IMG/VR virus record: IMGVR_UViG_3300021426_000008
Direction: 5' to 3' (one strand)
Origin: a virus
Lineage: Duplodnaviria; Heunggongvirae; Uroviricota; Caudoviricetes
DNA: 64,000 nucleotides
Shown: piece by piece, positions 30,241 to 39,095 of the stretch
How the letters are laid out: the number at the start of each line of letters is the position of its first letter
How positions within the stretch are numbered: the stretch's first letter is position 1
Made by a program: the position numbers and the translations under genes
The notes under the pieces: generated by a model
The model's database searches: none
The model's input: only the letters and a program-made list of their open reading frames with translations
Told to the model about the DNA's origin: nothing

Positions 30241-30381
30241 ATGGATTACAAAACACAAATAGAAAAATCAAAAGAATTATTAGAAAGAACAAAATCTGCT
30301 ATTGAAGAAACAAAATATAGAAAAGAGGAAACTCGTAAAATAATACAAACTTATAGAAATAAAGACGAAGAAGAAAGATAA
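30241..30381 (+). CDS. Small hypothetical protein
   Basis: Internal Met with a GAGGTG RBS. The ORF-track start at 30190 overlaps the tRNA. Confidence 0.35.
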   Translation: MDYKTQIEKSKELLERTKSAIEETKYRKEETRKIIQTYRNKDEEER

Positions 30382-30384
30382 TAT

Positions 30385-30475
30385 GCCGAGATGGGTGAGT
30401 GGTTTAAACCAACGCACTGCTAACGCGTCGACCTAGTAACGGGGTCCGCAGGTTCGAATCCTGCTCTCGGCGCCA
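30385..30475 (+). tRNA. tRNA-Ser (GCT), type II
   Basis: Acceptor GCCGAGA/TCTCGGC, anticodon loop CTGCTAA, long variable arm, T-arm GCAGG TTCGAAT CCTGC, GCCA end. Confidence 0.75.
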
Positions 30476-30495
30476 ATAAATTTTAGGAGGTTATT

Positions 30496-30795
30496 ATGGT
30501 AGTATCAGGAGAAACAAAGAAAGAAAAATTAGTTATAGTTAATTGTGATTGTGGTTGTAACGAAGGTATTTATGTAACAAAATATAAAGAAGTAGGACTA
30601 CCTAATGACTATTATATTACAATTACAACTTCAAAATTTTATAGTGAGCAAGATAAAATGTGGCAAAAATTTAAAAAGAGACTTAAAATGATATGGTATG
30701 CTATAAGAGGCAAAGAATATAGGTTGTGTGAAATTTGTATTACTGACGACGATATAGACGAGTTAATAAAAAAGTTAGAGGAAATAAAGAAATGA
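30496..30795 (+). CDS. Hypothetical Cys-cluster protein
   Basis: NCDCGCNEG. Confidence 0.4.
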   Translation: MVVSGETKKEKLVIVNCDCGCNEGIYVTKYKEVGLPNDYYITITTSKFYSEQDKMWQKFKKRLKMIWYAIRGKEYRLCEICITDDDIDELIKKLEEIKK

Positions 30796-31010
30796 AATAT
30801 AAAGAATTTGTAGATTGGTGTAATCAAAGAGCTTGTGACGGCTGTTGGTCGTCTGCTACAGCAATTTATTGCATTGGTATTTGTAGCACGATAAATAGTT
30901 ACCGATTTTGGAAACGTGAAAAAATATGGAAAGAAAAATATGAAAAAGAAGTTGTCAGAGATATAGTTGAAGTTATCAACGAAAAACGTAGAGAAATGGG
31001 CTATTGTTAA
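30792..31010 (+). CDS. Hypothetical Cys-rich protein
   Basis: ORF. Confidence 0.4.
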   Translation: MKYKEFVDWCNQRACDGCWSSATAIYCIGICSTINSYRFWKREKIWKEKYEKEVVRDIVEVINEKRREMGYC

Positions 31011-31013
31011 TAT

Positions 31014-31100
31014 GGGTAAGCGCTAGAGTAGGAGAGCTAGGGCGGTCTGTAAAACCGTTGTCGAAAGGCTGAGGTGGTTCGATTCCACCCTTACCCACCA
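31014..31100 (+). tRNA. tRNA-Tyr (GTA), type II
   Basis: Acceptor GGGTAAG/CTTACCC, anticodon arm GCGGT CTGTAAA ACCGT, T-arm GGTGG TTCGATT CCACC, ACCA end. Confidence 0.75.
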
Positions 31101-31175
31101 TTAAAAACAGTCGATTTATGTATCCACATAGATACTGGTATGGGTAATAGAGTTTGACTGTTCTCTATTGTATAT

Positions 31176-31251
31176 GGGTCGTTAGCTCATCAGGTAGAGC
31201 ATTACACTTTTAATGTAAGGGTAGTTGGTTCGAGTCCAACACGACCCACCA
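31176..31251 (+). tRNA. tRNA-Lys (TTT)
   Basis: Acceptor GGGTCGT/ACGACCC, anticodon arm TTACA CTTTTAA TGTAA, T-arm GTTGG TTCGAGT CCAAC, ACCA end. Confidence 0.8.
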
Positions 31252-31354
31252 GCGAGTATCCCGATATATTCATAGTTGAATTCTAGGCTATAATATTATG
31301 GACGAAAGAGGGTAGGTAATCTCGGGGTATAGACCCTCAACTCGCCTCATTTAT

Positions 31355-31441
31355 GCCGTGGTTGTGACCGGCTAGTCACACCGTGCCTTGAAAGCACGTA
31401 CACGTGAAAGCGTGGGGGTTCGACACCTCACCACGGCGCCA
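31355..31441 (+). tRNA. tRNA-Ser (TGA), type II
   Basis: Acceptor GCCGTGG/CCACGGC, anticodon arm CGTGC CTTGAAA GCACG, long variable arm, T-loop TTCGACA, GCCA end. Confidence 0.7.
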
Positions 31442-31840
31442 TTGGAAGGAAAACCATAAACCCTTGGAGAAGATTCGCACTATTCCGCCTAAGTAAAAGT
31501 AGAGGGGCAAGTGTATTGCTTAGATTGCATATTTATCTATGCACGTCAGCTGGTCCCTAGTGACGTTAACAAAAGGGAGTTTAGCGTGGCTAGTAGCGAG
31601 ACGTCACATTTCTGTTCTAGGGAATAGCCCCTGTGACGCACGAGGAATATGGTAGCTCCATATTGAAGATGGGCAGATGAGTGTTCTTCCACACAGACAC
31701 TATCTTTGTTGGCTGGCGTCGTTATAACGGTCCCATACGGAGGCGCACAGCGTGACCTCTACGTCGCTTCAAGTGACGGGGTTGCAGGCGGAATAAACGA
31801 TAAAACCGCCATACTCCTTATATAGAAAAGAGGTAAAATA

Positions 31841-32065
31841 ATGATTGATTTAGTTATAAAATTTTTACTAATTGCTTTATTAGTATTACAAATTGTAGTA
31901 TTGGTGCATATGTTAATATGTCAAATTAAAAGAAACAAAGAAGATAAAAAATTTTGGGAGCAAATGGGTAGTGCTATTAAAGAGCAAGTTGACAGATACA
32001 ACAATTTATATCCAGACGAACCATTAAAACTAGAGGAGGATAATACAAGTGAACAGGATAAATAA
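31841..32065 (+). CDS. Small membrane protein
   Basis: N-terminal TM segment. Confidence 0.4.
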   Translation: MIDLVIKFLLIALLVLQIVVLVHMLICQIKRNKEDKKFWEQMGSAIKEQVDRYNNLYPDEPLKLEEDNTSEQDK

Positions 32066-32366
32066 AACTCCTGGTGTTGTATATTCAGAAAAAGAGAAAC
32101 TAAAGAATAACAACGAACTAATTTCACAATATGATAGACGAATTGTTGATATGCTTCATAAAATTGAATTTCTTGACGCAACACCAGCACAAGCCTATAA
32201 AATGTATATGAAATTGCAAGGATTTTTAAGAAAGAAACGTGACCTAAAAAGGTCAGGGAGTATTTATGTACCCCGTACCGAAACTGGGAATTATATCATA
32301 GGTGGTAGGGTAACAAAATTAAAAAAGGAGGACGACGATGGAAATAGACGAAGAAATAAAAAATGA
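32049..32366 (+). CDS. Hypothetical basic protein
   Basis: ORF. Confidence 0.4.
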   Translation: MNRINKTPGVVYSEKEKLKNNNELISQYDRRIVDMLHKIEFLDATPAQAYKMYMKLQGFLRKKRDLKRSGSIYVPRTETGNYIIGGRVTKLKKEDDDGNRRRNKK

Positions 32367-32682
32367 AATTAACGGTTACGCTAGCCTCATTGTGTCTGCA
32401 TTACTAGATGGAGGAAATTTATTTATGAATATTCAAATTGAAGAAGAATATTCACAATATGATATAATGTTTATGTATAAACCAAATAACTTCGGTAATC
32501 ATCAAAGAGGTATAACAAGTAATGACTTACTGATAGGTGTCGTAGGGTTTGGTGCTTATGGATTTAGTATAAATATTCCAGATACTGACCCAGGATATTA
32601 TAGAGAAAAACTAGGTATAAGTAGCAACTTTTTAGCGTTTTTATTTAATGAAGTTAGACGTAGATTAAATGAAATAAAATAA
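32338..32682 (+). CDS. Hypothetical protein
   Basis: ORF. Confidence 0.4.
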   Translation: MEIDEEIKNEINGYASLIVSALLDGGNLFMNIQIEEEYSQYDIMFMYKPNNFGNHQRGITSNDLLIGVVGFGAYGFSINIPDTDPGYYREKLGISSNFLAFLFNEVRRRLNEIK

Positions 32683-32706
32683 TTTAGAAAAAAGTCAATA
32701 AAGGTA

Positions 32707-32735
32707 TTGACTTTTTATTTTTTATAATATATAAT
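32707..32735 (+). promoter_or_regulatory. Sigma-A-like promoter (TTGACT, 17-bp spacer, TATAAT)
   Basis: Read directly. An AT-rich UP-like region lies upstream. Confidence 0.5.
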
Positions 32736-32826
32736 ACAAACATAAATAGAGAACAAGTAAGTCGTTTACAGGATTAAACGCAATAACAGAATAGTTAGTA
32801 ATCTTTTACTGATATAAATAATCCTG

Positions 32827-32851
32827 TAGACCTTCAAAGAGGTCTATTTTT
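32827..32851 (+). terminator. Intrinsic terminator-like hairpin (TAGACC TTCAAAGA GGTCTA then TTTTT) inside the leader of the following gene
   Basis: Stem-loop plus T-run, read directly. Flanked by the alternative pairing elements CAGGATTA / TAATCCTGTA / TACAGGAT. Confidence 0.45.
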
Positions 32852-32878
32852 AATTTAATAGAAAGGAGGATACAGGAT

Positions 32879-33619
32879 ATGAAATTATGGATTTATGGTA
32901 AGGTAATGTCTGGTAAAACAACATTCGCAAGTCAATTTGAAAATGCGTATATTATCTCAACTGACGGTAACGCAGAATACACATTCGCTCCTGATAAAAT
33001 ATTAAGAGTTAGAAATTATAAAGAATTGAATGACGCTATTGCTAAATTAAAAACAATAAAGCCTGAATGGGTAATAGTAGACACAACTTCATACTTAATT
33101 GACTATTTAAGATTTTATTGGTGTGATAAGAATGGTGTTGAACACGAATCAGAAATAGCTTACAAAGGTTACACAATGCTTAGAAGTTTCTTATGGGAAA
33201 GCATATTCTCTATTGCAAATGCTTTTGACAATGTAATGTTTATTTCACACGAGCAAGAAATTATAGAGAAAAATAAATTTGGTAGAGAAATCTCTAAATT
33301 CCAACCAGTATTTGAAGAAAAACTTAGAGACCAAATGTCAGGACTTATGGGTATAATTGCTAGAACAGTTAAATCAATAAGTGAAGATGGTACAGCAAAA
33401 TACGAATTACACATTTCAAATTCTGATGACGAGTTTGGTGGTTCGAGATTACCAATAAAGAAAACAGCAATCCCACTTACTAAAAAAGATTTTGACGAAA
33501 ACTTCAAAAAATTATATGACGCAGAAAAAATCGTACGTGGTGAAAAAGACACAGTGGCTGATACAGCTAAACCAGCAGAAGCTGAAGAAAAACCTAAAAG
33601 ACGTTCAGTTATAGGTTAA
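32879..33619 (+). CDS. Sak4-like RecA-fold ATPase (AAA_24-like)
   Basis: N-terminal Walker A YGKVMSGKTT, ~246 aa, sits in a recombination-module position. Confidence 0.45.
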   Translation: MKLWIYGKVMSGKTTFASQFENAYIISTDGNAEYTFAPDKILRVRNYKELNDAIAKLKTIKPEWVIVDTTSYLIDYLRFYWCDKNGVEHESEIAYKGYTMLRSFLWESIFSIANAFDNVMFISHEQEIIEKNKFGREISKFQPVFEEKLRDQMSGLMGIIARTVKSISEDGTAKYELHISNSDDEFGGSRLPIKKTAIPLTKKDFDENFKKLYDAEKIVRGEKDTVADTAKPAEAEEKPKRRSVIG

Positions 33620-33646
33620 TAAATATTTTTAAGGAGGAATGTAATT

Positions 33647-34081
33647 ATGGCAAATAACGGAATTGACAAAGAAGATTTATCAGAATTAAATGCAATTTTC
33701 AAAGAAATGGGTGGTGTAGATAAAATAGAAGACTACACAAACAATTTTGAAAATCTTGCAGACGGAGAATATATAGGAGAAATCGAAAAGGTTGAAGCTA
33801 AAAATTCAAAAAATAGTGGTAAACCTATGATTAGTATTACAGTAGCAGTTGAAGGTGGAAAGAAAGAATTTAGACATCTAATGCTAGCTGGAGAAAATTT
33901 AGAAAAAACACGTTCAGCTATTGCTAGAACTGTATCTCAATTAAAGGAATTAGGTGTAGACGTTAGTAGCAATGATATTGCAGTTATAACTGATAACGCT
34001 TATTCATTAGTAGGAACTAAAGTTAATATGGAAATTAAAACAAATAATAACTTTAGAAATGTATGGTTAACTCTTGCTTAA
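33647..34081 (+). CDS. Possible ssDNA-binding protein (DUF669-like)
   Basis: The call rests on position (follows the Sak4-like ATPase) and size only. Confidence 0.25.
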   Translation: MANNGIDKEDLSELNAIFKEMGGVDKIEDYTNNFENLADGEYIGEIEKVEAKNSKNSGKPMISITVAVEGGKKEFRHLMLAGENLEKTRSAIARTVSQLKELGVDVSSNDIAVITDNAYSLVGTKVNMEIKTNNNFRNVWLTLA

Positions 34082-34112
34082 TATAAATTTGATACCGGTA
34101 TAAAAGCCGGTA

Positions 34113-34580
34113 TCATTTTTCTTGGTCATAATATTCGTCTATAATTTTTTGTGTTTCTCTTTTTTCTTTTGCACGATTAAATCTTCCTTTTTCATCAATA
34201 CTAAAGTCCATAGCTCTAACTTCAAACGGTAAGTCTAATTCGTCCACAAATACAACCGTGCATTCGTCTATTTGTTTTTTATATTCTTGAAATATTGCGT
34301 TCATATATCCTTGTGCTTGGGGACTTTGTTGGTGAAACCACGAATGATTTTCTGCGGATAGTAATGCTCCATTTTCAACTGTAGCTTTTCCTCCGTCCTT
34401 TTTCATTCTTATATGATGGTATGTTAATTGTTTCATTCGTTTCTTTTGGCCTTTGCTCGTGTATCTTCTGGGTGTAGTATCTTTTCTTAAATGTAATTTT
34501 TCAATAAAACATTCCGCTCCATATCTTCTTATCAATTCTTGTTTCGCATTTTTATTACTACTCATTTTTAATTCCCCCAT
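34113..34580 (-). CDS. HNH endonuclease
   Basis: LTYHHIRMKKDGGKATVENGALLSAENHSWFH fits the HNH pattern (HH...GG...N...NH..H). Confidence 0.65.
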   Translation of the reverse strand: MGELKMSSNKNAKQELIRRYGAECFIEKLHLRKDTTPRRYTSKGQKKRMKQLTYHHIRMKKDGGKATVENGALLSAENHSWFHQQSPQAQGYMNAIFQEYKKQIDECTVVFVDELDLPFEVRAMDFSIDEKGRFNRAKEKRETQKIIDEYYDQEK

Positions 34581-34742
34581 TTTATTTTTATTATCATTTA
34601 ATGAGAAAGTGAACAGATTTTAAACGGACCGTTTTAAGACGCAGAGATGAGTCTTAGAATGACTCAATCCGATTTCTGTTCACTTTTTGTTGTCGTAGCT
34701 TGTCATTTTTTGTCGAACCCTGTCAAAATTCTGACAAACAGT

Positions 34743-34813
34743 ATAAAAAATAGGGGTAAAATAGCCATATGGTGTTATAACGCTCTAAAATGCCCATACA
34801 GCGATTTTACCCC
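34743..34813 (-). terminator. Intrinsic terminator that ends the leftward late operon
   Basis: Perfect 10-bp inverted repeat GGGGTAAAAT ... ATTTTACCCC with a 31-nt loop, followed on the minus strand by TATTTTTTAT. Confidence 0.55.
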
Positions 34814-34969
34814 TTAGGAGTATAACTTTATTATTCTAACATATAAAAACGATTTACGGCTATTCTAACGCGTTGTTTAGGTTACATAATTATAAAATAT
34901 GTAAGTAGAAATCATTTTTAGAATTTTTAATTTTAACTTTCCAAAATCGGACAATTTTCTGTTCACTTT

Positions 34970-35236
34970 TTAATAACTTTGTGACAAAATATTTTGAATA
35001 TCAATTTCTGTATTCAAACTACAAGTCCTAAAAATATAAGTTGGGTTGTCTTGCTGGTCACGGGTGAAGGAGGTGCATACCCCCATTGTCCCGTCTGCGT
35101 CAAATCCCATAAATCCTACGTCAACAAATCCTGAAATAGCAGTTAGTTGTGAAGCGTCTGTAATCGTTGTTGAATTACCTATCGTTCTTGATAATTTTGT
35201 TGTACTTATTGTACCTATATTATTAGCCATAAACAT
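34970..35236 (-). CDS. Small hypothetical protein (88 aa) at the end of the late operon
   Basis: ORF overlaps the stop of the upstream gene by 14 nt. Contains GFMGFDADGTMG and two Cys. Confidence 0.3.
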   Translation of the reverse strand: MFMANNIGTISTTKLSRTIGNSTTITDASQLTAISGFVDVGFMGFDADGTMGVCTSFTRDQQDNPTYIFRTCSLNTEIDIQNILSQSY

Positions 35237-38200
35237 TACCTCCTCTATCTATTTTAGTTAATCTTACGATTGTACTTATGTTATTGCTTATATTCACTAT
35301 TACGTAGATATGTCCCATACTATCTGTTAATATAAATCCATTTTGAATAGTTCCTGAAATTATATTTATATTTGCATTATCAACTGTAGTGCTATCACTC
35401 AAACTTAATGTTGTGTAGCCAATATCATTTCGTTCACTATCTGTTGAATATACAGCACGTAACGTTGTTGAACCCGCTACTGTTGTGACCGTTGTGGTTG
35501 GGTCATATATATTTGTGATTGTATCTGTGTCACCCTCCCAGTATTGGAATGTCATACCTGAAATTGTATCTGCTGTAATATTCACAGTTTCACCAGCTTC
35601 ATAAAATCCAGAAGTTTCTCCCGTGTCGTCAATAGTAGCATTTGATAAACTTAATTTATATGAAGATATATAATTAGCCTTTAATCCTACCGCTGTTGCT
35701 GGCATTTTAATATAAATTGGATTATCATAAGTACCTGGTATAAGAGGGTTAAACATACCTCCGTCCCATAATTCAATTTGAGTAATTGGTGTATAGTTTC
35801 CAGAAAGTACCGTCCACCTTGTGAATGTATATTTCACAGTAGAAGTATCTTCTTTACCAAATCTAATGTCTACTTTTTTACCTTCATACACCGTTGCAGA
35901 AGTTTGGTTTTCTCCAGTTAAGCCATCTACCAGTTCAATTTGTACATCACCTTTTCTAACCGTACTACCTTGAAACGTTGTTGCGACTTTTGGCATTGTC
36001 AATGTCGTAGTATGTGGAAAATCTGGTGGATTTGTTCTACTTATAATATCGCTCAAATCTTCTTCAGACGAATAAGCATACGCTGACCAACCACCGAAAT
36101 AATACTCGTTTGGATATTCTGTCATTCTAATTTCTACTTCGTCTCCAACATAATAGTCGTGAGGTTCGGTTGTCCAGTGTTCAGTCACTACTTCGTCTCC
36201 GGTTTCTGGGTCAGTAGAAGTTGTTGTATATTTCATTTCTCCATATATACCCGACCTATGTAAAGTTACTTTTGGTCTAGCTCCTTCGTCGATATAATTT
36301 TCTGTAATTTCAATATTTACAGAAGGTATTGTCATTTGAATTGGTGTTACTAATGCACTTGTACTAGCATAAGCCAAATCTCCAGTCCATTCGTAAAACT
36401 CTTTACCTTGGTCTGGGCTACTTGCGTATACCGTTACTTGGTCTCCAATAGGTCTTGTATATTGAGTAGTTGAACCATCTTTTCTATGTACTGTAAGTGT
36501 ACGTTGTTGAGTTGTGTCTGGTACAAAGAATGTGGCTTTAATCGTACAATCACTTCTTAACTTTGAAAGTCTGGTTGTTTCAGCTAATGGGCTATAAATT
36601 TCAACATAATTTGTTGTAGTCTGTAACACACCGTTTATATAGACTTCCCACTGTAAGAATTGATGACCATAAGGTACGGCACCTTGTTTAACTCTAATGT
36701 TGCTCAATGAATCACGTAAAATCGTTGCACTATCTACCCAAGTGTCTCCATTTTGAAGTTCACCGTCAACCATTGTTACTGTAAACCAAGGAATAGCTGA
36801 ATAATTACACGTTATCGTACTATCACTTGTTCTTGCGTATATTCTGGTTGAAGATGAATTTGTGTTAGCGATTTCTGCGTCTCCAGAAGTCAATGACCAA
36901 TGATTAAATTCATATGTATCTGGAGCTGTACCAGAGCTTACTGTTATGTAATCACCTTGTCTCACGTTATATGTGTTACTTCCTGAATTAGTTATTACTG
37001 TGATTTTTCTCATATTATAATTAGCTGTAACAGTACCATCAGCTCTACCTAATTTAACTGTAGTATTAGCACTATATGAATTTCCAATACTATAAATACT
37101 TGAAGTAGACCAATTTGAAAAATCTCCTAAACTTGTATCTGCTGAAATATTTACAGATTGCCTTTCTTTATAATCTCCTGAGCCTGTACCATTCACAACA
37201 GTTAAATGATACGTTTCTTTTTGTCTATATTCAACTGTAATAGTTGTATTTCCTGACACATAAAATCCATAACTTGTAGAAGTGCTTACTTGTGTTCCGT
37301 CTTTTAACCACCTTACAAATAAGTAATCTCCCACTTCTTCATTAGTCGAACTACTCCAATAATTTCCTGATAAAACTTGTGAAGTAGTAGTTTGTCCACC
37401 GTTGTTTCTGTTCACTAATGTTACTGTATAAGTTGGATAAAAGTCATATCTTGCTTCGATAGTTCTATCATTAGCTCCAGCTGTAATATCTAATGTTGTA
37501 CTTGTGCTAATTCTTGTATCGTTTTCATACCAACCATTAAATCTATATTCTCCTACAGTTGAGTTAGTTGTAAATCTTTGTTTACGTCCTTGTACTAATT
37601 GATTTACAGAAGTTCCTCCAGCATTATTTTGATTAGTAACTGTTATAGTTCTTATTGGTGCATAATGTCCTGTAATAATAGCGTTTCCGTCACCAACAGT
37701 AAATGTATTTGTATGATTTCCTAATGCGTCAGTGCCAATACTACCTTGACCTTCTATTGTCCAATTCAAAATACCTTGTGAACTATCTGGTGGGGTAGGT
37801 ACTAATGTATATGAATTTGTTTGTCTTAATCCACTGGCTTGTGCTACGTCACTATTATTAACTCTAATTAAACCGTCAATTACTTGCACTTCGTTATATG
37901 AATATACGTATTCAAAATGTGCTGTAAAACTCAATGCGTTATCTGGCATTTTGAATGACCCATATGAGCTATGTATATCAGTTAGATAATTTGTATTACC
38001 TGACCAATATGAAAATTTGTAATGACTTGGTACTGTAGCAGAAATATGTACGTTTGTACCGTATTTATAGATACCTCCACCTGTACCACCGTTTACAGTT
38101 AGATAATGTCCTGTTGCGTCTCTGTAGAATGCAGTTAATTCTACGTCACAATCAGGCATTGTAAGTATTGATACAGAAGGGTCTTCTGCGTTTGTCACAC

Positions 38201-39095
38201 CTACTATTTGGCGTAAAGCGTCTTCTGTTCCTTGCCATTCATAAAATTCCATTCCAAATGGTGCTACTGTTGCGATAATCATAACTTCCTCGCCTGCGAA
38301 GTATGTTGCTGTGCTTGGACCGCTACTTGCTGTAGGTGAACTACTTGTTGAAATATATCCGTTAGTAATTGTTAAAGTTCTTGGTATATGAGTTTCAAAA
38401 TTAGCACTATAAGCAATATCTCTATAAGGCATTACAAACGTAGCTTCTTGTGTTTCACTATCTGGTTGAAGTAATAGCAAATCCTGTGCTGTACCACTCC
38501 AATCTCTAAAAGATTGATATTGAGCATATTCACCATAAGGTACGCCTTTTATTGTCACTACTTCGTCTTCTGCAACTAATGCTGTACTAGCATTTATACG
38601 TTCAGTTGTACCGTCGTCCCTAACAACTTGTGTTATAATACCATTTGCTATTTCTACAGTCCAATAATCTAATGGTAATTTTGGTTGGTCGTGCATTAAA
38701 TATAATGCAAATTCTAATTGGTTGGCTAGTACATAGTTAGGTTGTGTCGCACTCGCATATATATTAGGTAATTGGTCAGCAATCGCAGGATTATTTTTAG
38801 ATAAATCCACTAATTGTTTAATATTACTTACAATTCTGTCTATATCCGTTTTAGTAGGCACCATATTTTTTTGCCAATAATCATTTTCATAAACTTCAAT
38901 ATCTGGTGCGGTACGTACTATTTTTTGTTGTACCATCCATTCAGCACAATACGCAGTGTTTTTCTCTAGTCTGTTTAAGTCTGTATCATTCCAAGCACCT
39001 TTAGGATTTTCTTGGTCTGGGTCTATTTGGACGGCTTTTACACTTCCTAAAGTTCTATCATAAATTGGTTCTATCCATTCTCTAGTCAAGCGCAA
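35223..39095 (-). CDS. Large tail protein (receptor-binding/tail-tip) with ~11 InlB-type B-repeat (Flg_new-like) modules
   Basis: Recurrent YxFxGW motifs (YRFNGWY, YEFNHWS, FYEWTG, FSYWSG and others). Lies downstream of the TMP-Dit-like genes. Confidence 0.5.
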   Translation of the reverse strand: MRLTREWIEPIYDRTLGSVKAVQIDPDQENPKGAWNDTDLNRLEKNTAYCAEWMVQQKIVRTAPDIEVYENDYWQKNMVPTKTDIDRIVSNIKQLVDLSKNNPAIADQLPNIYASATQPNYVLANQLEFALYLMHDQPKLPLDYWTVEIANGIITQVVRDDGTTERINASTALVAEDEVVTIKGVPYGEYAQYQSFRDWSGTAQDLLLLQPDSETQEATFVMPYRDIAYSANFETHIPRTLTITNGYISTSSSPTASSGPSTATYFAGEEVMIIATVAPFGMEFYEWQGTEDALRQIVGVTNAEDPSVSILTMPDCDVELTAFYRDATGHYLTVNGGTGGGIYKYGTNVHISATVPSHYKFSYWSGNTNYLTDIHSSYGSFKMPDNALSFTAHFEYVYSYNEVQVIDGLIRVNNSDVAQASGLRQTNSYTLVPTPPDSSQGILNWTIEGQGSIGTDALGNHTNTFTVGDGNAIITGHYAPIRTITVTNQNNAGGTSVNQLVQGRKQRFTTNSTVGEYRFNGWYENDTRISTSTTLDITAGANDRTIEARYDFYPTYTVTLVNRNNGGQTTTSQVLSGNYWSSSTNEEVGDYLFVRWLKDGTQVSTSTSYGFYVSGNTTITVEYRQKETYHLTVVNGTGSGDYKERQSVNISADTSLGDFSNWSTSSIYSIGNSYSANTTVKLGRADGTVTANYNMRKITVITNSGSNTYNVRQGDYITVSSGTAPDTYEFNHWSLTSGDAEIANTNSSSTRIYARTSDSTITCNYSAIPWFTVTMVDGELQNGDTWVDSATILRDSLSNIRVKQGAVPYGHQFLQWEVYINGVLQTTTNYVEIYSPLAETTRLSKLRSDCTIKATFFVPDTTQQRTLTVHRKDGSTTQYTRPIGDQVTVYASSPDQGKEFYEWTGDLAYASTSALVTPIQMTIPSVNIEITENYIDEGARPKVTLHRSGIYGEMKYTTTSTDPETGDEVVTEHWTTEPHDYYVGDEVEIRMTEYPNEYYFGGWSAYAYSSEEDLSDIISRTNPPDFPHTTTLTMPKVATTFQGSTVRKGDVQIELVDGLTGENQTSATVYEGKKVDIRFGKEDTSTVKYTFTRWTVLSGNYTPITQIELWDGGMFNPLIPGTYDNPIYIKMPATAVGLKANYISSYKLSLSNATIDDTGETSGFYEAGETVNITADTISGMTFQYWEGDTDTITNIYDPTTTVTTVAGSTTLRAVYSTDSERNDIGYTTLSLSDSTTVDNANINIISGTIQNGFILTDSMGHIYVIVNISNNISTIVRLTKIDRGGNVYG

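Noticed and set aside
31442-31840. tmRNA or RNase P RNA identity for the ORF-free GC-rich segment
   Set aside because: No tRNA-like ends, no tag-peptide reading frame, and no match to the RNase P conserved regions I can recall. Left as an unclassified ncRNA candidate.
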